Shown piece by piece: positions 17,440-29,899 of a DNA stretch of 54,197 nucleotides; within the stretch, counting starts at the first letter, position 1; each line of letters opens with the position of its first letter. The position numbers and the translations under genes were made by a program. The stretch covers positions 1 through 54,197 of the forward strand of contig RBNJ01000019.1 in NCBI GenBank assembly GCA_003990765.1, read 5' to 3'. The notes beneath the pieces are model-generated. The model had not been told where the DNA came from. It worked only from the letters and a program-made list of their open reading frames with translations, and did no database searches. The DNA is from Jimgerdemannia flammicorona. Taxonomy: Eukaryota.

Positions 17440-20400
17440 ATGAGTTCCTTTTTGCTCAAACTCTTGGATGAGGTCTTGGGAGTTCTTGAGATTGGCAGCA
17501 GGTTCCCAGGTAGTATCATATTCAGGGTAACCCATCCACTTGACTAGATATTCTGTGCAATGATATTGGACTTGCTTGTCTAAGATTTTCTCAACTTTAT
17601 ACTCGATGTGGTCTTCAACTATAACTGGTACTGATAGTGTCAGAATTTGGCTAGGATATAGAGGTGACTGGTTCTAGGCCTTGAGTTATGACATATGGAA
17701 TACTGGGTGTATATGTATGGTTGTTGACAAGTTAAGGCAGTAAGACCAGGTAGAGACTTGCTCGGTGATCTCAAAGAGTCCAAGATACTTGGGCTGACTG
17801 GTGGTTGACTTGAGATTGAGCCTTAATGTTATTGGCTTTGAGTAGAACCATATCACTAATATTGTATACATATAACATCTCACTACTTCTTATCTGCATA
17901 CTTAGCTTAATGTTGCTGAGCCTTTTGCAGGTTTGTAGTAGTGATCTTGAGAAGGGAATCCATTTTGTTGATAAGGTTCTGGGCTGTGGGGACTTGTGTG
18001 TGACTGGATTGCTGAAATGAGACTAGGCTTGCAGAGGTCTTGGGGTTTTGACTGTGAAGTAGCTAAAATGGGGAAAGGCCAGTTGATAATTAGTTGGCAT
18101 TGTTATAGGCAAACTCAGCATAGGTCAGATAGTGGTCCCAATCATCTTGCTCATAAGACACATAGTTTCTAAGCATTTGTTCAAGTATTCTGTTCATTTG
18201 CTTTGTCTGTCCATCAGTTTGAGAATGAAAGACAGTGGACATAGCAATTTGGGTTCCAAGGGTCTTGAAGAGTGCTTGCCAGAAGTAACTTGTGAACTTG
18301 GGATCATGATCACTGATAATTATCTGGGGAAGTCCATAATGGCAGAAGATAGTCTTGAAGAAGATTCTTGCAATTTCTGGGACAGTGGCATTGGTTGTAG
18401 TTGGCTTGACAATTGTAATCTTGGTGAGACAGTCCACAAACACAACAATAGCATCATAGCTTGTTTTAGTTCATGGGAGTTGTACAATGAAGTCCATTGT
18501 GACTTGTTCGAACTTCTTGGTCGAAATTGACAAGGGTTGTAGAAGACTAGTGGGTGCTTGATTGCTTGACTTATTTCTTTGGTAAAGATCACAGCTTTGG
18601 ACATACTCCTTGATTTCCTTGAGCATGTTTGGCCAGTAGTAGTCTTGTTGGATATTTTTGATAGTCTTCTCAGTTCCAAGGTGACCAGCTAGTGGGGAGT
18701 CATGATGTTCATGAAGAATTTTGTACTATAGTTCAGGGTTGGCAGGAATATATACTTTGTCTTGATAGTACATGAGATTGTCCTTGATGGTGTACTTTTT
18801 CTTGAATTCCTTGGTATTCTTTTATAGAACCAGAGAGTCTTGTTCATATGCTTTCTTGATCTGATTGAGGAATTCAGGTGCCATGGTGACTTGTAAGATC
18901 ATGGCAAGATTAGGTCTTTTTGATAGTATATCTGGTATAACTAGAGTTTTGCCAGACTTGTAGATAATGTTTGGGGTAAAGGTCTGAAGTAGTTGACTCT
19001 ACTTGGCTTGTTGGCAAGAAAGGGTTGGTTGAGTGTTGATGTACTGAAGGGGCCTGTAATCAGTGATCACATTGAACTCAACTTCTTCTAGATAGTATCA
19101 CCAAGTCTTGAGGGCATGTATGATTACCAGGAGTTCCTTTTCATGATTAGCCAGCTTTTGTTCCACTGGAGACAATTTTCTTGACTCAAAGGCAATAGGT
19201 CAGTGTCCTTGACCATCATCTTGAGAAATAACTACACCAATAGCAAAGTTAGATACATCTATAGTGACCATGAACTTCAAGTTTGAGTCTATGTTTCTCA
19301 GGACAGGTGCATGGGTCAGGTGGTTCTTGAGTTCTTGAAAAGCTTGTTGACAGAAAGCATTCCAAATGTAGGAGACATAGAGGTCAGAGTTGGGTTCCTT
19401 TCACAGGAGGTTTGTTAAAGATTCTGCAATACTAGAGAAGTTCTTGACAAATTGATGATAGTATCCAACCAGACCAAGGAAGGACCTGAGTTCAGTGAGG
19501 TTTGCTGGTACAGACTATTGTTCAATGGCTTGTATTTTTCTTGGGTCTACTTGGATTCCTTTGGCTGATACAATGTGTCTAAGATATTCGACTTGATTCT
19601 TGAAAAATTCACATTTTTTGAGCTTTGTATAGAGCTTGTTCTCATGGAGGATCTTGAGGACTTGTTCAATATGCTTGAGGTGTTCTTCTTCAGTACTACT
19701 GAAGATCAGGATGTCATCAATGTATATGAGTACAAAGATATAGAGCTGATCCTTAAAGACAGTTTGTATGAGATCTTAAAAGATTACTGGCACATTGGTG
19801 AGACCAAAGACCATAACTAGAAATTTGTAGAGTCCAAAGGGTGTCATGAAGGCAGTCTTGGGTATGTCTTCTGGTTTGATTCGAATTTGGTAATACCCAG
19901 AAGTGAGATCAATCTTGGTGAAGTACTTTGCATTTTTGAGAGCATTAAAGATTTGATCTATGAGTGGTAGTGAGTAATGGTTCTTGACTGTGATCTTGTT
20001 GAGTGCTTGGTAGTCTATGCACATTTGCAGAGTATAATTCTTTTTCTTAACAAATAGGACTGGGGAACCAAAGGGTGACTTGCTTGGCTGAATGGCTCCT
20101 TGCTCAATGAGTTTATTGAGTTCCTTCTTGACTGCTTCAATTTTGAGTAGAGATACATATGTGGTACATTTTCTTCTTAGGTATAGCTGTATCAGGTATC
20201 AACTTGATTTCATAGTCATGGTCTCTTGAAGGTGGTAGACCAGGTAGTTTGTCTGGGAAGACATCCTTGTACTTGTTCAGCAGTAACTTAATGCTTTCAC
20301 TAATTGATAGCTTCTTGTCTTCTTTCTTTGGTCAGATCAGTGCCACAAAGGCACAGGTAGCTTTCTTGAGGGCCTTCTTGAACTGAATTGCTGAAAGGGT

Positions 20401-22268
20401 AGCAATTGGGGCTCTTGTCTGAGTCTTGTCTGGCTTGATGGTAATGTTGGCTCCATCCTGAATCAAGGTGACTTCATTCTTGGTCCAATCAATCTGAGAG
20501 TTATGCCATATAAGCCAGAGTTTGCCTAGGATTAGGTCATGGTCTCCTAGTGGTGCTACCTCAAAATCTAAATGTTCCCAGTACTTCTGGATCTTGAGGG
20601 GAAGTTTAGTGGCAATTGAGTCAATTGGTAAGGTGGTGCCATCTGCAGTGACAACTCCACCATTCTTGTCAGCTGGTTTGATAAGAATCTTGAGCTTATC
20701 AATGAGGTTCTTGTTGATGAAGTTCCCAATAGCTCCACTGTCTATGAGAATATCTAGTTCTTGTCTCTTGACTAGACCTTTGAAAATGAGCATTGAATTG
20801 ACTCAGTTCTCAGCTATACTTGCAATTTTATCAGTGCTACCAAAGCCTTTCTGATCTCACTTGGTTGAAGACAGCTTGGTGACTTCTTTGATGACTGGTA
20901 GGGTGGCTCACTCCAGAATGAGCTGTGCAATTCTGTCTCCTTCATTGACAGTGTATGGTTGGTTCTTATAGTTGACTAGCAGGACTTACATTTTACCTTG
21001 GAAGTCAGGGTCAATGACTCCAGTGCCAACATCCAATGAGTGCTTGAAACTGAGGCCAGATCTTGGTGCAATTCTTGCATAATGTTTCTTAGAGATTTCA
21101 ACTGAAAGGCCAGTTGAGATGAGCCTTCTTTCATATACAGGAATAGTGACTTGTTGTACTGCTTGAAGGTCCAAACCAATGGCTTCTTCTGACTGTGCTT
21201 GAGAGATCTGGGCCTTGGGGTTGACTCACATGAAATTGAGTATGACTTCTTGTTTACTGATTGACCTTGAGTGTATTTGGACAGGACTAGGATCCTCTTT
21301 GGTTTGGCAGTTTTCTTGGGACATTTAGTTGCAATGTAACCAGGCTGACAGCAAAATAAGTAGGCTCTAGCCTTCTTGAGGTGCTTCTTTTCCTTGGATG
21401 TAAGCTTGCCTTTCTTATTCTTGTCAATGGTGTCTAAGTCCATGAGGGCGGGTCCAACAGTTCTGACTTTGGGTTCCTCCCTTTTGTGATTGCTGTTGAA
21501 AAGCAGTCTCTTCTGTTCAAAGTGGTAACCATAGGTGATAACATCAAACCTATTAGCAATCTTCATTGCTGTATCTAGGTCTCTGGGTTCTTCTAGTTTG
21601 ACACGAACTTGGGTTTGATCTTTCAGACCTCAGATATACTTATCAACCTTCTTGTCTTCAGTAATATGTGGTAATTCTAGCAGAATTGACAAGAATTGTA
21701 TATTGTATACTTACACAGACTTGAGTTGTTTGACATTTGCCAGATGGTCTTGCGTGGCCTTGGTGCTGTTGACTGGTTTGAATTGGCCTTGAATAGCATC
21801 AGAGAATTTACCCCAGGTCTTGATTTGGTCAGAGAATCTGGTATTCTGGACATAATTTCACCATCAGATTGCAGCATTCTCTCAGAGGAGTGTGGCAGTG
21901 AATTGGACTAGTATTGCTTCTTCCAAATTGGTCAGTTCTCTGTATTGCTCTAATTGGAAAAACCAGGCATCAGTAGACAGTCCTCCTCTTTGACCATCAA
22001 AAGTGTCAGACTTCTGAGGCTTGATAGTGACTGCTGTCAGGTATATTGATGTCAGTAGAGGTGTAGAGATATAAGCAGGGGCCTTGCTTTCCTTTCTTTC
22101 TATACATTCTTGAAGTTGAGCAATCTGAGCTAATGCAGTCTACAAAAGACTCTCGATGGCCCCATTTGACTGAGTAGGGTTTTGCTGTTCCTCTTCTTCT
22201 TACTAATTATATGAGGCATTGCCTGGACCATAGGTACTGTATGAAGGGTTCCACCTGTTGTCCTCCAT
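17440..22268 (-). pseudogene. gag-pol of element B: gag, CCHC knuckle, dUTPase, aspartic protease, RT, RNase H, integrase, chromodomain; many in-frame stops
   Basis: Knuckle remnant YLFCCQPGYIATKCP; protease [51 protein letters not shown]; integrase MDFIVQLP, VD(R)LTK, QTDGQT; chromodomain EYKVEKILDK..EYLVKWMGYPEYDTTWEPAANL (~17450-17620). Confidence 0.92.
20835..21235 (-). pseudogene. dUTPase domain of element B
   Basis: All five trimeric dUTPase motifs in order: IGLDL, ARIAPRSGLS, GVIDPDFQG, GDRIAQLI, (R)DQKGFGST. Confidence 0.9.
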
Positions 22269-23357
22269 AGTGTTGTGACTGATATCTTGAGAGGTGTCTT
22301 GATAAGGCTAGGTGTAACTTAACCACTGCTATCAAGTGTAATGGTTCTAGTTTCTAAATGAGAAAGCAACTAGTTCTGGTGATCCTAAGTAGCTCAAAAA
22401 GATACTAAGGATTTAAGTATTCTCAAAGGTTTTCTGGGAGAAATATTCTGAGACTTTATTCATAAGAACAAAGAGGATATTTATACAAGATCTGAAGGAA
22501 GGATCCAGAAGGATCTGAGAAATCAAAAGAAAATACCAAGAGGAAAGTTCTTGGCAAAGATGACAAATGATGACAAATAAAGTTTTACAATTTTCCAGGA
22601 TATTCCGTGACTAGCTAAATAAGTACTGGTTAATACTCAGTGCCAAGAAGGGGATTTCTAAGTATGTGGAAAGTGCTGAAAGATTATAGAATATTCAAGA
22701 AAGACAGAGAAAAGAAATAAACTATGCTAAAGTATTACAAGTAGAGAGAGTATGGCTTGATTGAAAATATCAGTTCAGATATAGTTGTAGATCTCAGTGA
22801 TCATATTTGTATATATATTCAAGAGTTGGAATTGTTTATTTGGTTTATTGTGATTCTCTGTTTCAATATATCTGAGTACTTAGTATATATATATTCAGTC
22901 CTGATTGGTAAGATTCCATTTATATGAATCTTGTATTCTGTGACTTTGAGTTGACTCAGCTTTATGTACTATAACTTCAGTTTGACTTAGCTTCATGATC
23001 TTGTATATAATTTCCAGATTTGTTTGGAGGTGATGTGTAATTTTGATGACTTAGAGGTTGTATACTTATAACTCTCCCCTTTTTAGCTTTCAATGTCCTT
23101 ATTGAGGTCTTCAAATTTTGATCTAGTGTTATTATACTATTTGGATAGTCAAAAGTCTAGTAATATCCTTTTTTCTCAGAAAGTAGTATACTTATAGTAT
23201 AGTTGCCTAATGTGTTAGATTCACATATTAAAGAGTTATATATTGATACCATATATCAGAAGTAATTCTGATGTCATTCACTACTAGAGAATTTCCTCTA
23301 AGAAATCTTCTTAAATGTCTATATCTCATTTTCTATCAATAGTATGAGGAGAATAGG

Positions 23358-26300
23358 TGTAAGCACATAACCTCCAAGCCATCAAAATTACATATCATCC
23401 TCAGAACTAATTTGGAAACTATATGTGAGACTACAAAATAAGTTACTGAAGAGATCACCTGGTTATACAAAATACACTAGCAAAGCATAAGAACCTACTA
23501 CTAAGATACAAGAATACCAGAAAAAGTACTACAATCATAAGACTGACCCTACATCTCTACAACTAGTTTTGGTATACCATACTATTACAAAAGAAAACTG
23601 AAGTACTGAACTCAAACTGAGATAAGAAGAACCTCTCTTATCTACTAAAGGTTCATGAACTATACTTATCAACTCAAGACTAAGATACATCACAACTATA
23701 CAAAGACCTCATTACTTTGTAGAAAAAAAATATATTTGAACAACTCTATTTGCTCTATCTGTATCATCTCTATGAGAGAATAACAGATGCTTCATCTGAA
23801 CTCAAGAAAGCTGACATTGTTGAAACCAATCTCAAGCTCATCTATATAATAGATATTACTACTAGAAATTGTCTCAGATTACAGAAAATATCATTTCTGA
23901 GAGATTTGAACTCCCAGCTATAATATTGGAAGCCCTTGCCCTAGACAAGGATGGTCAGTCCTCGCAAATGCACCAGCAGTCTAAAAAAAAAGAGAACCAA
24001 GACCTATTATCCTTATACAACCACTGTCACCAAGGACAGCCTTAATTTTACAAGAGATAAGAGATAATAATACCTTTGAAACTGATGATATCAGAAGTCA
24101 GAAAACTGCTCAGACTTTACCAAAGATGATGTCATCAATAGTGATATCATTAAAGACTATCCAGATAGTATCTAAATCTATAAATAGTCTGATAGTTATT
24201 AGTATAGTTAGATTAGCCTTATATGATATGACTATAAACTAACTCAGCAGTCAGATGATATCTTGATATGTCAGATCACACTTGTACTATATAACTATAT
24301 TCTAACTCAGTAAGACACTAAGTGCTACATCCATATTTAGTATAGTTCAGATAGCCTCTCACTAGTATAAATACTCCCTCCCCCAGACCTCAGAATCTCA
24401 GACTTGAATAATCTGAACATAACCCCTAAACACTTCTCCACAATATCTCTTCACACAACTACTCCTAGTATAGCAAATATTATAAATAGTGAATAAATCT
24501 ATTTAATAACCCACAAACCACTCTTAAGTAAATCTACTCTATATTAGATCTCACTCCTAACTCTGTCACAAAATTTTCTAATTGGGTATTATCTGTAGCA
24601 ATATGCCAATTCAACTAAGCTGGTCTTAGTTTCTTGAACTTCCTAAAATGCAAAAAATCCTGAATATCTAGAATTAGTTCAAATAAGGACTTTAGTTAAA
24701 ATGTTAAACCAATCTTGAAATCAATAAGTATAGAGGATGTACTCTATACAAAATTGATCTTGAACTTAAGAAAATAGTCTTCCAGAATATCCAGAACTTC
24801 TAGAAAGTCCTTCCAGAACTATATAACAGTTACTCTAACAAGTAACTCTCTTACAACTTGATAGTAGTGGTTTACAATCCAATTCTGCTTCAAGATACTT
24901 CCTCACCTCACTACAAACCCCTCTGAGAATTCCTACAAGTTGATATAAAGCCTAACCTCTGAACTGGAATTTATCCTGAACTATCTAACAATCTGAAGAG
25001 AATTAAATCTGATATATAAGGACAATTTGACCTCCATACTTGCAATAAGTGAAACAGACTTTATTCAAAGAAAGAAGTACTCCAATTAAATCAGCAGATA
25101 GGTAAAACTCTATTCACCAAACTTCTTGCTCTATACTCCATAAGTCAAGACAAAGAAGGTCTTATAGAAGCCTTCTTTACTCTTCTCAATAAGAGTTTTG
25201 TCAGCTCCATAAATCTGAGTGATCTAGGATAACTAGCAGCAGTCTTTCTAGCCTTAGTTCCTCATAAAGCCCAAGCTTCCATAGCCAAGTGGCTCAACTC
25301 TACTGACTTTCACCATACTAGGACCAAGACTGCATTATATTACCAATTCCAGAACAGCAAGGCCCACCATATTCTTAAGGAAGAAGTGAGAGAAACTCTT
25401 TGTCAACAATCTGATCCTGAACCTGAAGTAGGCCTAGCTACAGCTCTATCTAAAACTGAAACCAATACTGAACCAGAACTTGATTTTGAATTAAGTCTAT
25501 CTGAAATCAGATATATAACTAATTCTGTATACTTTGATACTGAGCAAACTCAACTATATGGGGACTAAGCTAAAGAGGAGGAGGAGTATCTCAGTGAATT
25601 CAATCTCAGATATACTATCAAAGGAGATATACCTCCATCAGGACAGAACACACCTACATAGCAACAGATAGCTATCTATTGAGCCCTTACTCTAGACCTA
25701 CAACTACTACTCCAGCAACTTATACAGACTCAAAGAACACCCTCACACTCTGCATCAGTACCTCAAGTAGTATCAGTAATACCACTATCAGTAGTCCAAC
25801 TATCTCCAGCAAACAACATAGCAAATCAACAGATTCTAGATCTTATAGCTCAGGTAGTCATAATGATAGCAACCATTACTATCTTAGCTAAACAGACCTG
25901 ACCAACAAAAAATCTGAGCCTACCTACCTTTAATGGTACTATACAAGACCTCCAAAGCTTTATTAGTGTAGTTGATATCAACTTCAAAGTCAATCAATGG
26001 ACCAATGAGCAAGTTATTGACCATCTTCTGATAAATAATCAAGACCATACTCTGGAACAACTCTTTGCTACTACTACAGCTTATGTCTATTAAGTTGTTA
26101 TATTCTTCCAAGGACTTGCTGAAGAATAGTAGTAAACTCTTTCTGAAAAACCCCTCACATGGGATACCTGACCTATAGTAGTTGCCCAGAATGCAGCAAA
26201 CAATATCCCAGGATATAGAGCCCATCCTACAGCCCCTGAACTGAAATAACTCATGATTGCTCAATACCATAGTAAAACCATAATTGCTGAATCTTGAGTC

Positions 26301-29300
26301 AAACTCCATAACCTCAAATTTGATGTACATGGTAAGGAGGAATTCAAAACCTTCTATACAAAACTCAAGTTACTCCTAAACACTGTTGACCTAGGATATA
26401 TTGCCAATGATAAAGTATGAAATAGTATAAGAGCAGATTATTTATTCAATATACTGCCAGAATGGCTTACTAGAAAATCTGAGAACAAGGATACCCAGTT
26501 GGTTGTGATCACTAACAATAGTGTCTAGTAAGAATCGAGACTATGGTCAAGCAAATTCTAACAGCTGGACCAATTCTGCCCCAAAGACAATTCAACAACA
26601 AGGAAAAGACTTAGACCAAGAAAGAAGAACCTAAGCATAAAGTACCCTGAGCTCCCTCCACATCTACCTCTTAGATACTCCAAAATCATGAACCTACTCA
26701 GCTGAATACCTTTAAGAAACTCACTGAAGGAGAAAGAAATAAACTTTAAAGAAGTAGAGTATACTTCTATTGCCAAAAGACAGGATACATGACCAGTGCC
26801 TGTCTCAACTGAAAACTCCAAACAGTAATATGAGCAACTGTTACTACTCTGCATCATCTCAATAATCTGATCACTAAGATATTGGACTTTGTCAAGTTAA
26901 GGCCAACTGTCAAGGCCCCAACCAAAGGAAGTCAAAAAGCAGCTGGTTATAACCTATATACAGCTGAAGAAGCTAAAGTCTCCAACCAAGAAGTCAAGTA
27001 AGTCTATATAGGAATCAGCATCCAAATCTCTGAAGAACATATTAGAAGGATATGTTATCATAGCAGCCTAGTACTGAAAGAACTCTCAGTAGAAGGAGGA
27101 GTCATTGATGAAGATTATATAGGCAAAATTATTATTCTTATTCAAAACTATAGTTAGACATCCTTCAAGATCCCCATTAGTTTCTATATTGTATAGATTC
27201 TATTCGAGAAAATTAAATCAACTCTAATAGTCAAGGAAGTCTCTGAACTACTGCTCACTATCTGAGGATCCAAAGGATTTGGCTCATCAAATAAGGCCCT
27301 AGCCCAACCTACTATGAACAAAGAAGAACAATTCTATAAGAAAATTGAAGACAGATATGTACCAAGTGGCTTATGTCCTCATGGCATTGGAATGTACTCT
27401 TTTTGAATAATTGATGATTGCTTCTCTTGCATCAATAAACTGGCTCAGAGAAGAACCAATAGAAGGAAAACTCCTACAACTAAAATTACCACCATTGGAT
27501 CAGACAAACTGCTTACACTTTAAGCCTTTATCAACCAAGCATCTGTTAAGATTATAATAGACAGTAGTATCTCAGGCAACTTTATTAATGAAGAAACAGC
27601 CAACAGACTCAAGGTCCTGACATCTTCAGTACAACAAACTCAAGCAATTGTCACAGCTGATAGAATCTCACATGTTATTAGCAAGGAAGTCTACAATCTA
27701 CCCTTCTGAATTAGTAACTACTGAGTACATATTATCCTCCAGATTGTACTTCTTTCAATAATGAAATCATCTTTGGAACCCCATGGTTAAAATAAGAAAA
27801 CTTCATGATCAATTGAGTAAACTATTCTCTGACTATCAAGAAAGGATGCCACAACTTCAAACTGCAAGACAAAAAGGACTCACTCAGTTTTAATGATCTT
27901 GGACCAAAAATCACCTATATCAACAAGCTACAGCTCAAGAAATTGGTCAAGAAATGCTCTCTCTTTACCATCTCCATCTGTCTATCTAAAGAAGAACCTA
28001 AGAACTCTGAAGAAGACTTTTCCAAAGTTGACAGCTGTGTCAAATCCTTATCCCAGAAAGTCCAAGATATATTTCTGAACTGAACTGTAAAACCACCTGC
28101 ACCTGTCATTATTAATGACCAAGAAGAATACAAAGTTGAACAAATTCTCAACAAATACAGCCACAAGAACTATTTCAAATGATATAACAACACTAGATCA
28201 AATTAGAAGGCCTCAACAAGAATGTAAAAAGCTAAGAAGGGGAGAGTTATAAGTGCATAACCTCTAAGCCACCAAAATTGTATATCATCCTCAGAACTAA
28301 TTTAGAAACCACATACAAGACTACAAAACAAGTTACTGAAGAGATCACCTGGTTACACAGAATATGCCAGCAAGCATGAGAACTTACTGCCAAGATACAA
28401 GAATACCAGAAGAAGTACTACAACTATAAGACTGACCCTACATCTCTACAATTAGTTTTGGTATACTATACTATTACAAAAGGAAACTGAAGTACCAAAC
28501 TCAAACCAAGATGAGAAGAACCTCTCTTATCTACTAAAGGTTCATGAACTGCACTTATCACCTCAAGACTAAAATACACTGCAACTATACAAAGACCTTA
28601 TTACTTAGCAGAAGCAAAATACATTGAAACAACCCTATTTGCTCTATCTATATTACCTCCATTGGAGAATGACAAATACTTCATCTGAACTCAAGAAAGC
28701 CAACATTGTTGAAACCAATCTCAAGCCTATCCACATGACAGATATTACTACTAGAAATTACTTTGAATTACAGAAAATATTATTTCTGAGAAGTTTGAAC
28801 TCCCAGCTGTGACATTGAGAGCCCTTATCCTAGACAAGGATGGCCAGTCCTCACAAATATACCAGCAGTCTAAAAAAAAGAGAACCAAGATCTGTTATCC
28901 TTGTACAACCACTACCACCAAGGATAGCCTTAATTTTACAAGAGACAAGAGGTGATAATACCTTTGAAACTAATGATATTAGAAGTCAAAAAACTACTCA
29001 AACTTTGCCAGAGATGATGTCATCAATAGTAATGTCATCAAAGACTATCCAAATAGCATCTAAATTTATAAATAGTCTAGTAGTCATTAGTATAGTTAGA
29101 TTAGTCTCATATGACATGACTGTGAACTGACTCAGCAGTCAGACAATCTCTTAACATGTCAAATCATACTTATACTATGTGACTGCATTCTAACTCAGCA
29201 AAGTACTAAGTGCTACATCTATATTCAGTATAGTCCAGATAGCTCCTTACTAGTATAAATACCCCCTCTCTCAGACCTCAGAATCTTAGACTTGAACAAT

Positions 29301-29742
29301 CTGAACATAACTCCTGAATACTTTTCTACAATATCTCTTCATATAACTACTTCTAGTATAGCAATATTATGAATAGTGAATAAATCTATTTAATAATCCA
29401 CAAACCACTCTTAAGTAAATTTACTTTCTGTTAGGTCCTACTCCTAACCTTATCATGAAATTTCCTAATTGGGTATTGTGTGCAGTAATATACCAATTCA
29501 ACTAAGCTAGTCTTAGTTTCTTGAACTTTCTGAAATATGGAAAATCCTAAACATTTAGAACTAGTCCAAATAAGGACTTTGGTTAGGATGTCAATCTGAT
29601 CTTGAAATCAATAAGTATAGAGGATGTACTCCATATGAAATTAATCTTGACCTTAAGAAAATGGTCTTCCAGAATATCTGGAACTTCCAGAAAGCCCTTC
29701 CAGAACTATATAATAGTTATCCTAACAAGTAACTCTCCTACA
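23358..29742 (+). mobile_element. Non-autonomous, internally deleted Gypsy element A2 (relative of A1) inserted antisense in the 3' UTR of A1
   Basis: LTRs 23358-24855 and 28248-29742 (~1.5 kb). TSD ATAGG (23353-23357) / ATAGA (29743-29747). PBS from 24856, PPT 28234-28247. Internal region is colinear with the reverse complement of 32770-35959 but lacks RT/RH/IN. Confidence 0.9.
24900..28180 (+). pseudogene. Decayed gag - zinc knuckle - dUTPase - protease - truncated chromodomain of A2
   Basis: Knuckle YFYCQKTGYMTSAC (~26762-26805); dUTPase AAGYNL, GGVIDEDY.G, (R)GSKGFGSS (~26890-27290); protease IIDSSISGNFI (~27555-27590); chromodomain start DQEEYKVEQILNK (~28118-28156). Confidence 0.85.
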
Positions 29743-29899
29743 ATAGACTGGCTTTCAGTTTTGCTATTTTTTTAGAGAGTCAGTATTCTTTTGTCTTAAC
29801 TTGCTGAGTTTTTGATTTATTCACAATAATTATAGGAGTACTTAATGTTTGGGAGTAGTAGTATATAATGTAGATTGATACATAGATGTTGGAGTATTT

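Larger units (their letters stand above)
16721..22739 (-). mobile_element. Ty3/Gypsy chromovirus-like retrotransposon B (6.0 kb, full length, decayed)
   Basis: 403-bp LTRs at 16721-17123 and 22337-22739 (TGTAA..TTACA). PPT 17124-17140, PBS 22321-22336. Decayed 5-bp TSD GGCAG/AGTAG, with a single GGTAG at the empty site in the other A1 LTR (37686-37690). Confidence 0.93.

Noticed and set aside
25920-26857. ORFs antisense to family-A gag (also 33974-34891 and 32816-33696)
   Set aside because: Shadow frames of decayed gag-pol with no recognisable motifs. Their presence in both copies is explained by shared ancestry.
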